Source: Felis catus (Eukaryota). Taken from it: a stretch of DNA of 64,000 nt. The first letter of the stretch is position 1. Each line of letters begins with the position of its first letter. The notes beneath the pieces were generated by a model. The model ran no database searches. It was not told where the DNA came from and saw nothing but the letters and a program-made list of their open reading frames with translations. Of this stretch, positions 21,504 through 33,550 are shown one piece after another. Both the position numbers and the translations under genes were made by a program. The DNA is taken from assembly GCF_018350175.1 (NCBI RefSeq), contig NC_058382.1, positions 59,460,001 to 59,524,000 of the forward strand, given 5' to 3'.

Positions 21504-24319
21504 GAGGCTGCATTCAATTTGACTTCTTCTGCCCAACCCTCCTCAAGCTTGGTCTCGGTATCTAGTTTCAGAGAGCCCAACCTGTGACAGATGCAGTGGA
21601 AATTGTGACCTTGCTTCCCCCATCACAGGCACCTGTGCTGGAGCCCTCGGAGCCTTTGTGTGAAGCCTTCAGCCCTCTGAGTCCAGGCGGGGGGCCGACG
21701 AGGGAGGCAGGAGGGAGAGAGGGAACACCTCTGACTCCTCACTATTCTCCCGGCTGAACACACTGCAGGGAAGCAGCGTTGACCATTCCTTTCCTCAGCA
21801 GAAAAAAAAAAAAGCCTTAAAGACCAGAAAAAGACATTAACGCGGAGGTCTCCAGCCTGTGCCCCTCAGCCCGTCAGCTTGCAGCACGTGTCAGCTCTGT
21901 GTGTCCCTCAGGAGGAACTCTTCAGACCTACTTCTGTGGCTCAACAAAAACAAATCGGACTCGAGCCTCATATCTACAAAGTTCCACTGAGAATGGCTGT
22001 TTTCTCTCACAGACAGCTCTTTCTGCAAGCATGGGGGCGGGGAGCCCAGTCCTCTGTTGCGGGACTCGATTTCCGAGTCCAGGCTGATGCTGTATCAACA
22101 AACCCAACTTTGTTCGGCAGTGACGAGACCCTCGGCCTTCCTATTTTATTCATCTGCTCACTGGAGGCTTGGCACAAAGGGCCTTTAGACCGGACGCTCT
22201 CCGAAGGAGGAAAACACCCTAAGTCCCTGATGGCTTTCAGGCCCCGTGTCCTTCACAGAGGTTGAATGGCAGACATTGTCAGCCCCAAACAGGAGTTTCA
22301 GACGAATACCTCCAAGCCCCTGGGGACAGGGGGACAGGGCAGAAAGGTAGGCAGAGCCCCATAACAGGTAAGGGCCTCCCAGGAGGTGAGATACAATCCT
22401 GTGGATGGACACTGGACCATGTTCCCCACACTCCAAGGAGAGAACCATCCGCACCAACATCGCATGCATAACCCGGACACCCCACGGCCTCTCCTTGGGT
22501 GTCTCCTCGGCAAGTGTGACGGCTGTTCGGGGGGCACTTCACCTCACAGAAATGGAAATTTATCAACGGTCCACACAGGCAGGCGGGTGCACGGGCACAT
22601 ACACCCACGTGCACACACACCCCCACACGTCCAGTTCACGCCTAGCCTTCCCCTTTGTGTCCGCCAGAGAAGGTGGGTGGAACGGTGACGTTCAAGGTCG
22701 GAGGGTAATCGACCCGGGAATGTAATGAGCAAACATCTTAAAACACCGCGGAGAGCCTCTGCAAACTGATTGGAACCATTTGTGTGGTCAACAAGAATGA
22801 GGGCCGCAGAGACCTGGAAGGCCAGGACAATATCTGCTCTGTTCTGAGGCACGGAACACATGCCAGTGTTCCTTCTGACTTTACAGCTTTTTCTTGGCCT
22901 GTGCGGGTGAGAGAGGCTGATTAAGCAGGGCCCGCACTGGATGTCAAGCAGCCTGCCAGAACGTGGCACAAAACACTGAGGCTGGAACCCTCCGGAGGGC
23001 CGCCTCCAAGGCCCAGCAGCCCCCTGGGACCTTCTTCCCACCCCCACGCCAGAAGCCAGGCCCAGGCCAGGGAGCAGAGCAGCACCAACACCCCTCAGCC
23101 TTCCTCCAGCTGATGAACCCCCTCGGAGAAGGATGGAAAGACACTCGGCCCCTCCAAACCCATTTCTTCCTACACTGGTGTTGTAGGTAAAACCGAGTAA
23201 GCCCCGGGCATTGAGTTTCACTGGGCAAGTCACTGTGTGGTCTGTTCTGAGAGCCAAGACTTTCCAACCATACATTTCAACGGCGGTTACTCAAGTTTGG
23301 GTAAGAAAACACTTACCCAATTTCCGAGCAGACGGTGAACCGCGGGGCCTGTAACAGATACGGAGCAGCCGAGTGCGCGTTTCCCGGCAGCGCTCGGCTC
23401 CCCGGCCCAGAGCGCACGTCTACGGGGCTGATACAGGATGCGGAGCGCCTGCCAGTTAGCCTCTGGCCCCTTCGGTGGGAGATGAGACAAGGTTCCCCGT
23501 GAGCATTTCAGAGAGTTTCACACGGTGCCCACTCCCCTGCTACAGGGGTCGGGGCCCACGGGAGGAGGCTGGAATGCAGACTGGAGAAGGAAAATACTCT
23601 GTTAATGAGGAGCCAGAAAAGACTGGAAATGCCAGACCTGGAAGGGGCTTGGAGAGGGGCGGACTCGGGTCCTGGGGCCTCAGTGGCCTTGCCCATAAAA
23701 TGAGGGAGCGGGGGTGGAGGGAGGGTGACTGAGGCCAGCAGTTCAAGGCCACCCAAGGTGTTAGTGGCTCAGCTGGGCCCAGACCCCTGACCCCAATCCA
23801 GGGCTTTTTCCGCCATGGTGTGCCCCGGTCCAGGATGGAGCCCAGGGAGAACACTCAGCAGGAGGCAGTATGCTGGCAAGCATTTGTTCTGCTACACCCA
23901 GGAGGGAGTTCTCCAGACCAGAGGATCATCCAACCTTCTTTTCACACAAATCCCAAGATGGGTATGATCCCCTGGGCCACATCTGACCGAGGCTCCTCCA
24001 CTGGTTCCACAGTGTTCTGAGTTGGTCCGTGTTGTGGGGGTGGGTCCATGTCGTGCACAACATTTAGCAAGCGCCCCCGCCCTCCATGCCAGCCCGCAAT
24101 GTGCTGCCCCTGCACTGGGCTCTAGGGGCACAAGGAGGACCCAGGCTCCGTCCCCACCCTAGACAAGTTCCAGTCCAAAAGAGGAGGCAGATGCTAAACA
24201 AATACTCAGAATGTGGTATGAGAAGCGGGACAGGGTCCTCACTTTCCCATAGACCAGCAGGCCCCTGAGGATGGAACAGTATGCTGTCTCCCTGCAGGTG
24301 ACTGACAGCAATGCACACT

Positions 24320-24730
24320 ATTGGTTAGTTGGAGGCTGGTTGTTGAGTAGCTGGTTGGTTGGTTGGTTGGTTGATTAGTTGACTCACTAATTACTGATTG
24401 ATTGTTATTGGCTGGATGGATGATTGCTCACTAGGTGGTTGTTTAGTTGTTTGTTTGGATGGATGGTTAGTTGATCGCCTATTTATTGGTTGGTTGATAT
24501 TGGTTGGGTGAGTAGTTGTTAATAATGGTTGGTTGGTTGGTTGGTTGGTTAGATGGATGGGTGAATGGTTAGTTGATTAGTTAATTACTGGTTGGTTGTC
24601 ATTTGTTGGGTGAATAGTTGTTAATAATGGTTGGTTGGTTGGTTAGATGGATGGGTGGACAGTTGATTAACTAATTTCTGGTTGGTTGCTATCGGTTGGG
24701 GGGGAAGTTGTTCATCAGTTGGTTGGTTTG
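24320..24730. repeat. Degenerate (GGTT/GGAT)n array with ~90-100-bp higher-order units
   Basis: Anchor taattactg-like at 24388, 24480, 24582 and 24672. Confidence 0.85.
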
Positions 24731-24799
24731 CTGATTACCTGACTGGCTGAAAACAGAAACCAGCTCTGAACCACCAGGATGCCCTAAAGGGAACGTGGA

Positions 24800-24975
24800 C
24801 TTCAGGGTCAAAGAGCATGGATCTCACTCCTGATTCTGCCACTTCCAAACTGCATAACCTACAAAAAGTCCCTTGTCACTGATATCTCCAACGTAATGGT
24901 ATCCACTTTGCAGCTAACATATGTAAAGTGACTAGCACTCAAGGACACTCAGCAAATGGCAGCTAATATCATTAT
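24800..24975 (+). mobile_element. MIR
   Basis: 'tcctgattctgccacttcc...catatgtaaagtgactagcac...actcagcaaatggcagcta'. Confidence 0.65.
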
Positions 24976-25309
24976 AACTATTCAACATGGAACTGAAGGA
25001 TTCGATTATGTAACTTGTAGGGCACCTCGAGATCTTGCCCGCTCTCACACAGGCCCAGCCTGTGTGATGGATGAGAAGCCTAGCCTGTGTGGAGAGCCCA
25101 AGAAGAAACAGGGCTCACTGCAGCCAATGTATAGTAAAAGACAACCTGTCACTGACAAAGTACACAGAACCTTGACGGAGTTTCAAATCCTACCAGCATC
25201 CGACACTTCCCTCCACTGGCCATTTGGGACAAAAAGCCAGCAACAACACAAGCATCTGACGGAAAGAAAGGTCCCCAAAGTTCACCTACACATGACTTAT
25301 AAGCATCTA

Positions 25310-25500
25310 AGACCTCTTACAGTTTGTAACACACATTCATGTCTATTATATCATGTGACTCTCAGTAGACTCCTGGAAGGTAGTCAAAGCTCAATTAGTC
25401 TCCCCATTCTACAGATGAGGAAACTGAGGCTCAGAGAGTTGGACCTACCCAAACAAGTCACACATCAGAGCCCACAAGTCCTGTGCCTTTTCCACATTAG
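25310..25500 (-). mobile_element. MIR
   Basis: 'ccccattctacagatgaggaaactgaggctcagagagtt'. Confidence 0.85.
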
Positions 25501-26029
25501 GGCACACATGTAAGGTCTTAGAGCACAAATGCATACTGAGCAGGAATCCTTGGTCCCAACACATCTCTGATGCTAACATTCCACAGTTTGGAATACAAGC
25601 CAGGTGCTCTCATCAACACGTTTTCCAAGAACAACCCACTACTGAAACACAGAAATGTTCTAAACCAGCACTTTTTAAAATTTTCCATGAAAATCCCGAA
25701 GAGCTGGAAATAAAAAAATAAACACCTGAATATTAACATGATGTCAAACATCATACGAGCCTGTAAAACGCCAGGGTAACCGGATGCCAGCTCAAGTGGG
25801 ACTGGCTCAGCTCCGATCACATGTGTGACAGGGGACCCCGGGCAATCTTCTCTCCAGGATTCCAAGAAGTGGGTGCGGCTTCCCTCTCTTTCCTATCTGG
25901 CTCCAAGCTCTTGTTTGCACTGAAGTTTTTCATTTATGCATCATCTCATCAGCCCACACTAGCCCAGCCCCGTTCTGCTGGCCTAGTAGATTAAGCCCAG
26001 TGAAGAAGAAACTAGCAAATTACAAGAAA

Positions 26030-26260
26030 GGGCTGCACAGTCACACAGAATGCAAGACAGGGCAACTAAGAAGTGGAAGCCAGAAAGGGGAGCTCCGAGA
26101 CACAGAAGACAGAATGAGAAGCTCCATCAAATATTTAATAATGTTTCTAAAGAAGAAAAAAGAGAGTGAGAGAGAAGTACTTTTAGATAAAGTAATACCA
26201 AAAATTTTTCCAAAATCAAACACGGACATGAATATCCAGACTGAGAAAGCATACCAACTT
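26030..26260 (+). mobile_element. Ancient L1/HAL1 ORF1 remnant
   Basis: Translation LRDTEDRMRSS...KIFPKSNTDMNIQTEKAY resembles the L1 ORF1p region 'LRD.ED..R..N...ENFP.L..DMN.QIE.AH'. Confidence 0.6.
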
Positions 26261-26303
26261 ACAAGCAGCTTATAATGAATAGATGAGTGGCTGGAGGAAA
26301 GGT

Positions 26304-26410
26304 TGGATGGATAGATGGATGGATGGATGGATGGATGGATGGATGGGTGGAAGGAAGGAAGGAAGGAAGGAAGGAAGGAAGGAAGGAAGGAAGGAAGGAA
26401 GGAAGGAAGG
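26304..26410. repeat. Compound microsatellite (GGAT)n(GGAA)n
   Basis: Direct reading. Confidence 0.97.
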
Positions 26411-26619
26411 ATATTCTAATGGTGAATTTGAATACTGACATATCTATGAAAATACTCCTTTAGCTTAAAATAAAATAATAAATTCCTAACTCACCTGCTG
26501 TCAAGTGCATCTCCCAGAGGGTGGAAAGAGACCCAATACCCTAAAAATCACTCTGACAAAGAGGAACTACAGAACTTCTTGGACGTACAGCAATGTAAGA
26601 ATTCCCTTACTTTACAAAG

Positions 26620-26812
26620 TAACAAAGATGAAAACCCTACTTCATCTCATAGGCAAAAGTAAACTCCAGATGTGCTAAATAGATAAATATGAAAATATGA
26701 AAAGTAAAGTATTACAATATTTAGAATAAAATATAGAATAGCTTTACGAATTTTGGGAAGGATTTCTTAAATAACAGGTAAAGACACAACTTATAAAGGA
26801 AAAATTATAAAT
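26620..26812 (+). mobile_element. Ancient L1 ORF2 remnant
   Basis: 'ccctacttcatctcataggcaaaagtaaactccagatg...ttagaataaaatatagaa...gggaaggatttcttaaa'. Confidence 0.65.
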
Positions 26813-26967
26813 TAGGGGATGCTGGAGGTGTATGGCTGAGTCACAATGGACAACTCACCAATGGTGGGATTTCAGTGATAAGTAAACATGTGGGAGTTGC
26901 TGAGTTCCTTCAAATCATCCTAGAAGACAACCATCCATTCAAAGTGTCCAGACCAGCAAAGAATGTT

Positions 26968-27195
26968 TATCATAATCACCATCACCGTCACCATCCATAT
27001 CACCATCGTCACCACAATCATCACCCTCATCACCACCATTATCACCATTACCATCATCATCACCATCATCACATCATCTTCACCATCACTGCCCTCATCA
27101 CCATCACCACCCTCAGCAGCAGCAGCACCATCACAATCATCGTCATCATCAGCATCAGCCACCATCATCACCACCATATCATCATCATTATCAAC
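26968..27195. repeat. (CAT/CAC)n degenerate trinucleotide tract
   Basis: Direct reading; reverse-complement class of the 16-17.8 kb array. Confidence 0.95.
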
Positions 27196-27199
27196 AACT

Positions 27200-27390
27200 G
27201 ACACATACTGACAGCACTGATCATGCACATTTAATCTTACACGTTCTATCTGCATTTGCTCGTTTAATTCTTACGGAAACCTTCAGAGGCATAGGTAAGA
27301 TCATTGTTCCCGTTTTGTAGATGAGAAAGCTGGGGCTCAGAGAGCTTATGAGACCTGTTCGCTTTCCCGCAGCTGGGAAATCCTGGGACT
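27200..27390 (-). mobile_element. MIR
   Basis: 'cattgttcccgttttgtagatgagaaagctggggctcagagag'. Confidence 0.8.
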
Positions 27391-28469
27391 CATGCCAGGA
27401 CTGGCCCATGTCCGTGTCCATGTCCTCCGCCCTGCCTCTTTAGGTCCTGGCCCATGCCTGTCACGCTGTGGCCTCTACCAAGTGTCTTCAATCTGCTACC
27501 TCGAAGTCCACCCTCTCTACACGCACCAGCCAAAATATATTCATCTGTACCTTTCACAGAGTTTGCTAAGTCCTACCAGGTCCCGGACATTCTGCAAGAC
27601 CCCAAATATGTTGAGTTCAATTCCACATGGCTCATTTCATCAGACTGATGGGAAATACCACGGCAAACACTTTTTTAAGTTTAGGAACACAAATAATCAT
27701 GTTGAATATTTTCCAAGGGTTCCATCATAAAAGCATTGATGTGAAGGCATTGAGCCTAATGGAAAGTGAAAGATCCATGCCGGAGAGGGTGGGAGTGAAC
27801 GAACCCTCTCCCCGTCCCCAGGTTTGCTGGAGAAAACTGTTTTTGCAGGTGGAAAAATGACTACATTTCAATCAGGATCAAATTCCGAAGGCTCTGCCAG
27901 TGCTCACAAGTGCCCACATGGTACAGAGCCCTGGCCTGGCCAACTTCCTACTCAATAACCTATTTCTACAGCTCTTTGGATATTAAAAAAAAAAAAAATT
28001 AAAACACAAGATAAACTCAGCTGAAACCCAAATGAATGGATTCATTCCCATTTTAATGCCCTTTGTGGGTGTTTTATAGCCTGTACTGTGTATCTTTTAC
28101 ACATCTATTTTTAAATACTGCAAACTTAATGATCACTATAGAATACATAAAACCCGTTATGAAATTCCATCTACAAAATTACAGCAAAATCTCGGCAATA
28201 AAAATGTGCCGTCAACACCGTTAGGCAGTTGTGGCAGGACCCGAACTGGACTGAATCAATCCTCTTTTGCAAAAAGGGCCCCAGCTAAATACCGTGGTCT
28301 TTTCCTAAAGGCGGCCCCCGTTGTAGGCCCACCTCCTCCGTGAAAATGCAGGAACTCACATGTGATCAGGTGGCAGATGAGGGGTGGTCAGTCTGTGAAG
28401 ACGGGGGTCAGCTCGTGTTCTCAAAACCACCCTTCTGTAAGAAAGGCCTTCGGCCATTTCAATACGATC

Positions 28470-28713
28470 AGCTAACGCTTACCGTTTACCGCAGGCCGGC
28501 GGCTGCTCTAGATACTTTCTGTGTACTAACTCATGTTTAAGACTCGCCACAGCCCTGAGAGATGGCTACCGTCACTGTCACCACCTTATAGGTATGGAAG
28601 CTAAGGCGCAGAGAGTTTAAGCAAGTGGCCCAAAGACACACAGCTAGTAGGTGGCAGAGCTAGGACTGGAACCCAGGCCAACTGGCTGCGAGCCCTGTTC
28701 TTAATCACCACAC
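28470..28713 (-). mobile_element. Near full-length MIR
   Basis: 'aaggcgcagagagtttaagcaagtggcccaaagacacacagctagtaggtggcagagctaggactggaacccagg'. Confidence 0.85.
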
Positions 28714-28989
28714 TTCCTGCCTTTTGTGGATGCCCGCCAACAAGGTCAAACTTGATTGTAGGTACTTTGCTACCAGATGTAGAGAAAATATAACGATCCC
28801 AGTTCCCCCATTGGAATGTGGCCTCCCTCCCTGCAGGTGAAGCAGGCGGTGACTCCAGCCAATAAATGTGCCACTACTAGCCCATACCGAACTTTGGTGT
28901 GAATTAGAAAATTATGCCCCTTCTTCAATCTGTCAGAAAATGGTCATAATATACTTTTTGTTGGAACAAGTCACTTTACTAGCATCTGC

Positions 28990-29090
28990 CAGAAAAGTAT
29001 CGTAGCAAACATCCATTTCTATGATATCTGTGATGTGGGCCCCTAGGGTTGTGCAGTGCACAACCCGAGCAACTGTATATGATGGCCCTA
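28990..29090 (-). mobile_element. MER91-like hAT fragment
   Basis: 'ccctagggttgtgcagtgcacaacccgagcaactgtatatgatggccct'. Confidence 0.5.
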
Positions 29091-29559
29091 CTATCTGTCC
29101 TCAGCCAAGTCAAACCAAATGCAGTTTGGACAGTGTTCCTGCAAAACCAGATGGCAACAAAGCACAGAGGAAGAGCGTAGTCCCTGGGGTCACACCTCAT
29201 CTGGTCACTGTTAGGATCCTGTGAGGTAACAGAATTCAAGTGTTTCTAAAAACTGCCCAGCAGATGTTAGTCATTGCTCGCATCCACCCATTCAAAACAC
29301 CTCCTCCTGCTCCTCCTCTCCAGTTGTAGCCCCAGACAGCATTAGAGAGGATGCAAATTTCTCCTCCGGGGGAGTTTTTCCACCCAGGCTATCAAAGCTG
29401 GAAAGTTCTTGCTGCTCAAGGAGGCTCTCATCCAAGTTTCCTTCCACGTTTTGTTACAAGTTCACCAAGATGTTTCTTCTCATTTCCCCTTCATGGAGAT
29501 GCCGGGTTGTTGACGGTAAAATGACCTAGCAGCTGCCTTGATTCCCCACCTCCCTAAGT

Positions 29560-29750
29560 ACAGTGCGCACATGGTTCCGCTAATCCTCCAGGGAACCCGC
29601 TGAGGGAGGGACTTTTATCCCCATTTCACAGATAAGGAAACAGAGGCTCAGACTGGGGAGGTGCCCTGCCCAGAGTCACCGGTGTGTAAGAAGCAGAGCC
29701 GACGCGTCCAACCTGATGTGTGTGGACTTCACAGCTACTGTTTTCACCAC
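29560..29750 (-). mobile_element. MIR
   Basis: 'ttatccccatttcacagataaggaaacagaggctcaga'. Confidence 0.8.
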
Positions 29751-30109
29751 AGCAGCAATTCAGCCAGAATGAAGCCATTTTGTGCCTTTTCAGACCACGC
29801 TGACAGCGGTCACCTCACGGTCCTGAAGCGTGCACCTGTGGACGAAGACAGGAGCCCTGTCTGGACACAAACCACTTCTCCTTCCCGCTGAAAGAAATAA
29901 TGAGGAGCAGGACAGCTGCCCACCGCTTGTGGCATTTGGTTTCCCGTGGAGACAGAGCCCAGGACTCAAGGTGCTCTGTGCACCTGATCACCTGGTCAAC
30001 TCAAAGCGCTGACTGAGGGGTCGTGGTGGGTAAGGGGAACACGCTCTCTCACCAGGAGTTTGCCCTTTCAGCAGAACCCCCACCTCCCCTTCCTGTCAGC
30101 TCCCCCAGG

Positions 30110-30220
30110 CCACATCATCATCCCACCGCAGACTGGGAAACCGAGGCCTGCAGAGGCAACTGCCCCGCGGCAGAAGCGGGACTTGAACCTGGGTCCGCCC
30201 GAGTCTGACTTCAAAGCCCC
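30110..30220 (-). mobile_element. MIR fragment
   Basis: 'cagactgggaaaccgaggcc...gggacttgaacctgggtccgcccgagtctgacttcaaagccc'. Confidence 0.65.
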
Positions 30221-31150
30221 TCCGTACATGGGACGAAGCTGAGGGGGCCGCAGACAGCAAGGCCTTGTCATCACTGCACTGCGGAGCACTCCAGAGACAG
30301 TGACAACACTGCACTTTTGTCTGGTTTACACAAACTCAAACGCATGCAATTTATCACTTCGCTCACGCGTGTCCTGGAGTTGGAGGTGTGCCCGCATCGA
30401 GGGAACCCCAGGGTACAGGCATCACACAAATAAACTTTCTTCCCCTAAACTTCACTCTGATTCTCGGAGCTACTGCGACAGCACGCCAGTATTTCTATAA
30501 TGTTTTAAATACCACACACGAGTTAGTGCACAACGCAAGCACCTGTGCTTCCCAGCTACATCCTAGCCCTCTTCTCGCCAAATTTCTGAAGAGACCGGCC
30601 CAGTCCTGAAGCCCAGGAGGGGGCAGTCTGCCTGAGGACAGCAGTTAGGATGGTTCACTCTAAAATCGGAGGCAGGTCAGCGACAAGGAGGAGAAGGTAA
30701 GGGACACGGGAGATCTCCACAAGCATCCTTCCACCGTGCACCTGGGGCCTGCCCAAGGGGTGGTAACGGACAAACCATTATCAAAACCAATCAGTTAAAC
30801 CAGTAAAATACCGCCATTTTACAATAAGTTAACTTAGTGCTTCAAAGCCAATTAATTTGTTTTATAACAAATTAAAGCCAAGAAATACCACGAAAACAAA
30901 AACAACTCAGCACCTTTGGCATAATCACAGAACAACTGGAATGTGGTCCAGACAGTGCTCTTAAGTGACAAGGTCCTGGATTAGGATGGTGGGGACCCCG
31001 GGTCCCCACCCCAGAGCCACACGCTGGCGGAGATAGCGTTCCCGTAGGTAAGGTGGGACACGTGGTGTGGGCGAGGCCTGTGAGCGGCGCCACCCCATCA
31101 GACAGGCGTTGTCATGGGAGGACACCGCGATGCTTAAGATGTTCCTCCAC

Positions 31151-31346
31151 AGGGCGCCTGGGGGGCTCAGCTGGTTAAGCGTCTGACTCTTGCTTTCTGC
31201 CCAGGTCATGATCTCAGGTCTCACGGCTTTGTGGGCTCAAGCCCCACCCGGGGCTCTGTGCTGACAGTGTGGAACTTGCTTGGGATTCTCTCTCCCCGCA
31301 TCTCTGCCCCTCCCCTGCTCACTCGCTCTCCTCAAAATGAATAAAC
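31151..31346 (+). mobile_element. CanSINE
   Basis: Head 'gggcgcctggggggctcagctggttaagcgtctgact', short tail. Confidence 0.93.
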
Positions 31347-31859
31347 TGTACTGAACGTGGGACTGAAGAGTCCGAGATGGCACGAGGGTTTCCACACAAG
31401 CTGACTGGCCAGAAACAGAGGCTGTGTTAAGGACTGAGGCCAAGTCAAGGCCCGTGGGACCGTGGCAGACACTGCCACGGTTGGGGTGGGGCACGTGGAT
31501 CAAACAAATGTTGTAAAGTCCCATAAAGAACAAGACACAAGCATCCTCCCCAAATCGGGAGGTTATTTTCCTTATAAGAACCTCCCAAGAGTGAGGCCTT
31601 GGGGAACGTATTATAGGCATTAGCTGTTGCCCACAGGACATGCTCTCCAAACCAGTGTCATTCTTGTGGACTTCCCAAGGAAGGCCCGGATGCCTCTCCT
31701 CCTCTGCTCCAGACCTGGCGCCCTCACGGAGCAGGCGGCTGGCATCTCTCAGGCCTCCTACCTTTCCAAACAGGACACAGAGATGAGCTGTTTTCCAAGA
31801 ATTATTCATGTTCACACGGAGAGCAGATTTTCACATCTGCCCAGAGGTTGCTTTTGGGC

Positions 31860-32400
31860 CGCAGCCACGGGCATGACAGGGAGCCCCGCGACATTCCGGG
31901 AGTCCCCCACCATCACAGCTTCGCCCCAGCCGGAGAGGAGGGACCCTCCCGCTCCGCCTCCGCAGAGGCCACTGCCCCCAGACGGCCCGGCTCCGCGCTC
32001 GGCCCCCAGCCCTGCGGCCCCCGGCGGGCCGGCCGCTCCCCAGGCTGCCTTCTCCTGCTGGCGGGGCTGGCGCTGCTCGGAAGGCCCACATCTGCTCCTG
32101 CCGCCAAGGCCTGTGGTGCCAGCCCCACGTCGGATTGTGGTGGTCTGTCTGTGTTTGTTGAAGTTGGGCCGGGAGAAAGGCCTCCCAGTCAAGGCCGCCT
32201 GGAATGCGGGCCCGGGCACTACAGACAGCTCTGTCAGCAAGCTCAGGAAGCAGGCTGCAAGGGCTGGGACGAGGCCCAGGTCTGGAGCAGCGCGGCCTGC
32301 CCAGGAACACGCTGTCGCAGAGCGGAAAACGAGGGCCTGCCGTCAGGACAGAGGTCCCTTCTGTGTGGAGGCCGGCCTGCCCTCTCCCCGTCTGCAGCGT
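31860..32400. promoter_or_regulatory. CpG-rich patch (small CpG-island-like region)
   Basis: 22 CpG counted by hand in 31861-32100; high GC; no repeat recognised. Confidence 0.4.
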
Positions 32401-32658
32401 GGGGCCCTAATCCCCTTGACCAAGGACAGAGTCAAGTCGGAAGCACTGATTTTCTTATTAGGCCACTAGGGCTTGTTCCAAAAGGAAAGCTGAATCATGT
32501 TGACTTTCTGGAGACTGACGGCACATCCTCTTTTTCTCAAAGGCACAATCCCTGCACCCTGCCCCTCTTAAAATAATAGCAAAAAAAAAAAAAAAAATTA
32601 CTAATAATGAAAGAAGTTCCCACTTATTGAACACTTACTACAGAGAGAGATTACCGTG

Positions 32659-32725
32659 CAGAGCGAGGTTCAAAATATTTAGCAACCAGCAAGCCACGGG
32701 CACCAGTAGCTAAGAATGGACGGGA
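32659..32725. mobile_element. Possible old hAT-type DNA transposon fragment
   Basis: 'ggttcaaaatatttagcaaccagc...cacgggcacc' resembles a recalled consensus; family uncertain. Confidence 0.3.
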
Positions 32726-33310
32726 CAGGTCCCAGAGCCTCTGCTCTGCCAAACGTCACGCCTTGGTTGCTTCTTCACGAGAAGGTCGGGGGGCCCTGGG
32801 GGCATGGCAGGAACAATGGGAGGGTGCCTGGGGCCTCCGGGAAGCAATCACTCAGGAACAAGTGTGGCAAATTCCAGTCCTGCTGCTCTGCACCTGCTTG
32901 TCAGCCTGGCACAAAGCACCTGCACAAGGAGAGCCAAACATTCCGTCCCAGCCTGTGCACACGACGGCTGGAGCTTGGGCCCATTTCTGTGACTCAGATG
33001 GGCCTGTGACCGCCCGGCCAACAGTGTGCAGGAGGCGACACGTGGCTTGTCCGGACCCACGTGTTAGGAAGACCTGGTTCCAGGAGCCCTGAGTCTCCTG
33101 CACGACAGCCAGGCTCGCTGCTGGAGAGAGGGCTGTGGGAAGCGACCCCGGAGAAGGAGAGAGCCAGGCCGGGGAGTCACAGTGCTACTCGGCCCCAGTC
33201 CAGCCACCACCACAGAGCACGACCGTGAGACACAGAAGAGCCCCCCCAGCTGAGCCCCAGCCCGCCCCCCACCCACAGAATCATGGGCCTCAATACAAGA
33301 CTGCTGTCTT

Positions 33311-33550
33311 GGGGCACCTGGGTGGCTCAGCTGGTTGGGTGTCCGACTTTGGTTCAGGTCATGATCTCAGAGTTCATGGGTTCGAGCCCTGTGTCAGGCT
33401 CTGTGTTGACAGCTCAGAGCCTGGAGCCTGCTTCAGATTCTGACTCCCTCTCTCTCTGCACCCCGCCCCCATCCCGCCGACTCGCACATGTGCTCATGCG
33501 CACTCTCTCTCTCTCTCAAATATAAATAAACATTTAAAAAATTAAATTAA
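33311..33550 (+). mobile_element. CanSINE, felid type
   Basis: Full length; degenerate TSD containing ctgctgtc. Confidence 0.95.

Noticed and set aside
31627..32576. 280-aa and 242-aa overlapping ORFs
   Set aside because: Non-ATG starts, low-complexity P/A/R/G content, several frames open because of GC content, no recognised homology.
32581..32597. Poly(A) run as a retrocopy tail
   Set aside because: No canonical AATAAA just upstream, no TSD found, no recognisable parent gene.
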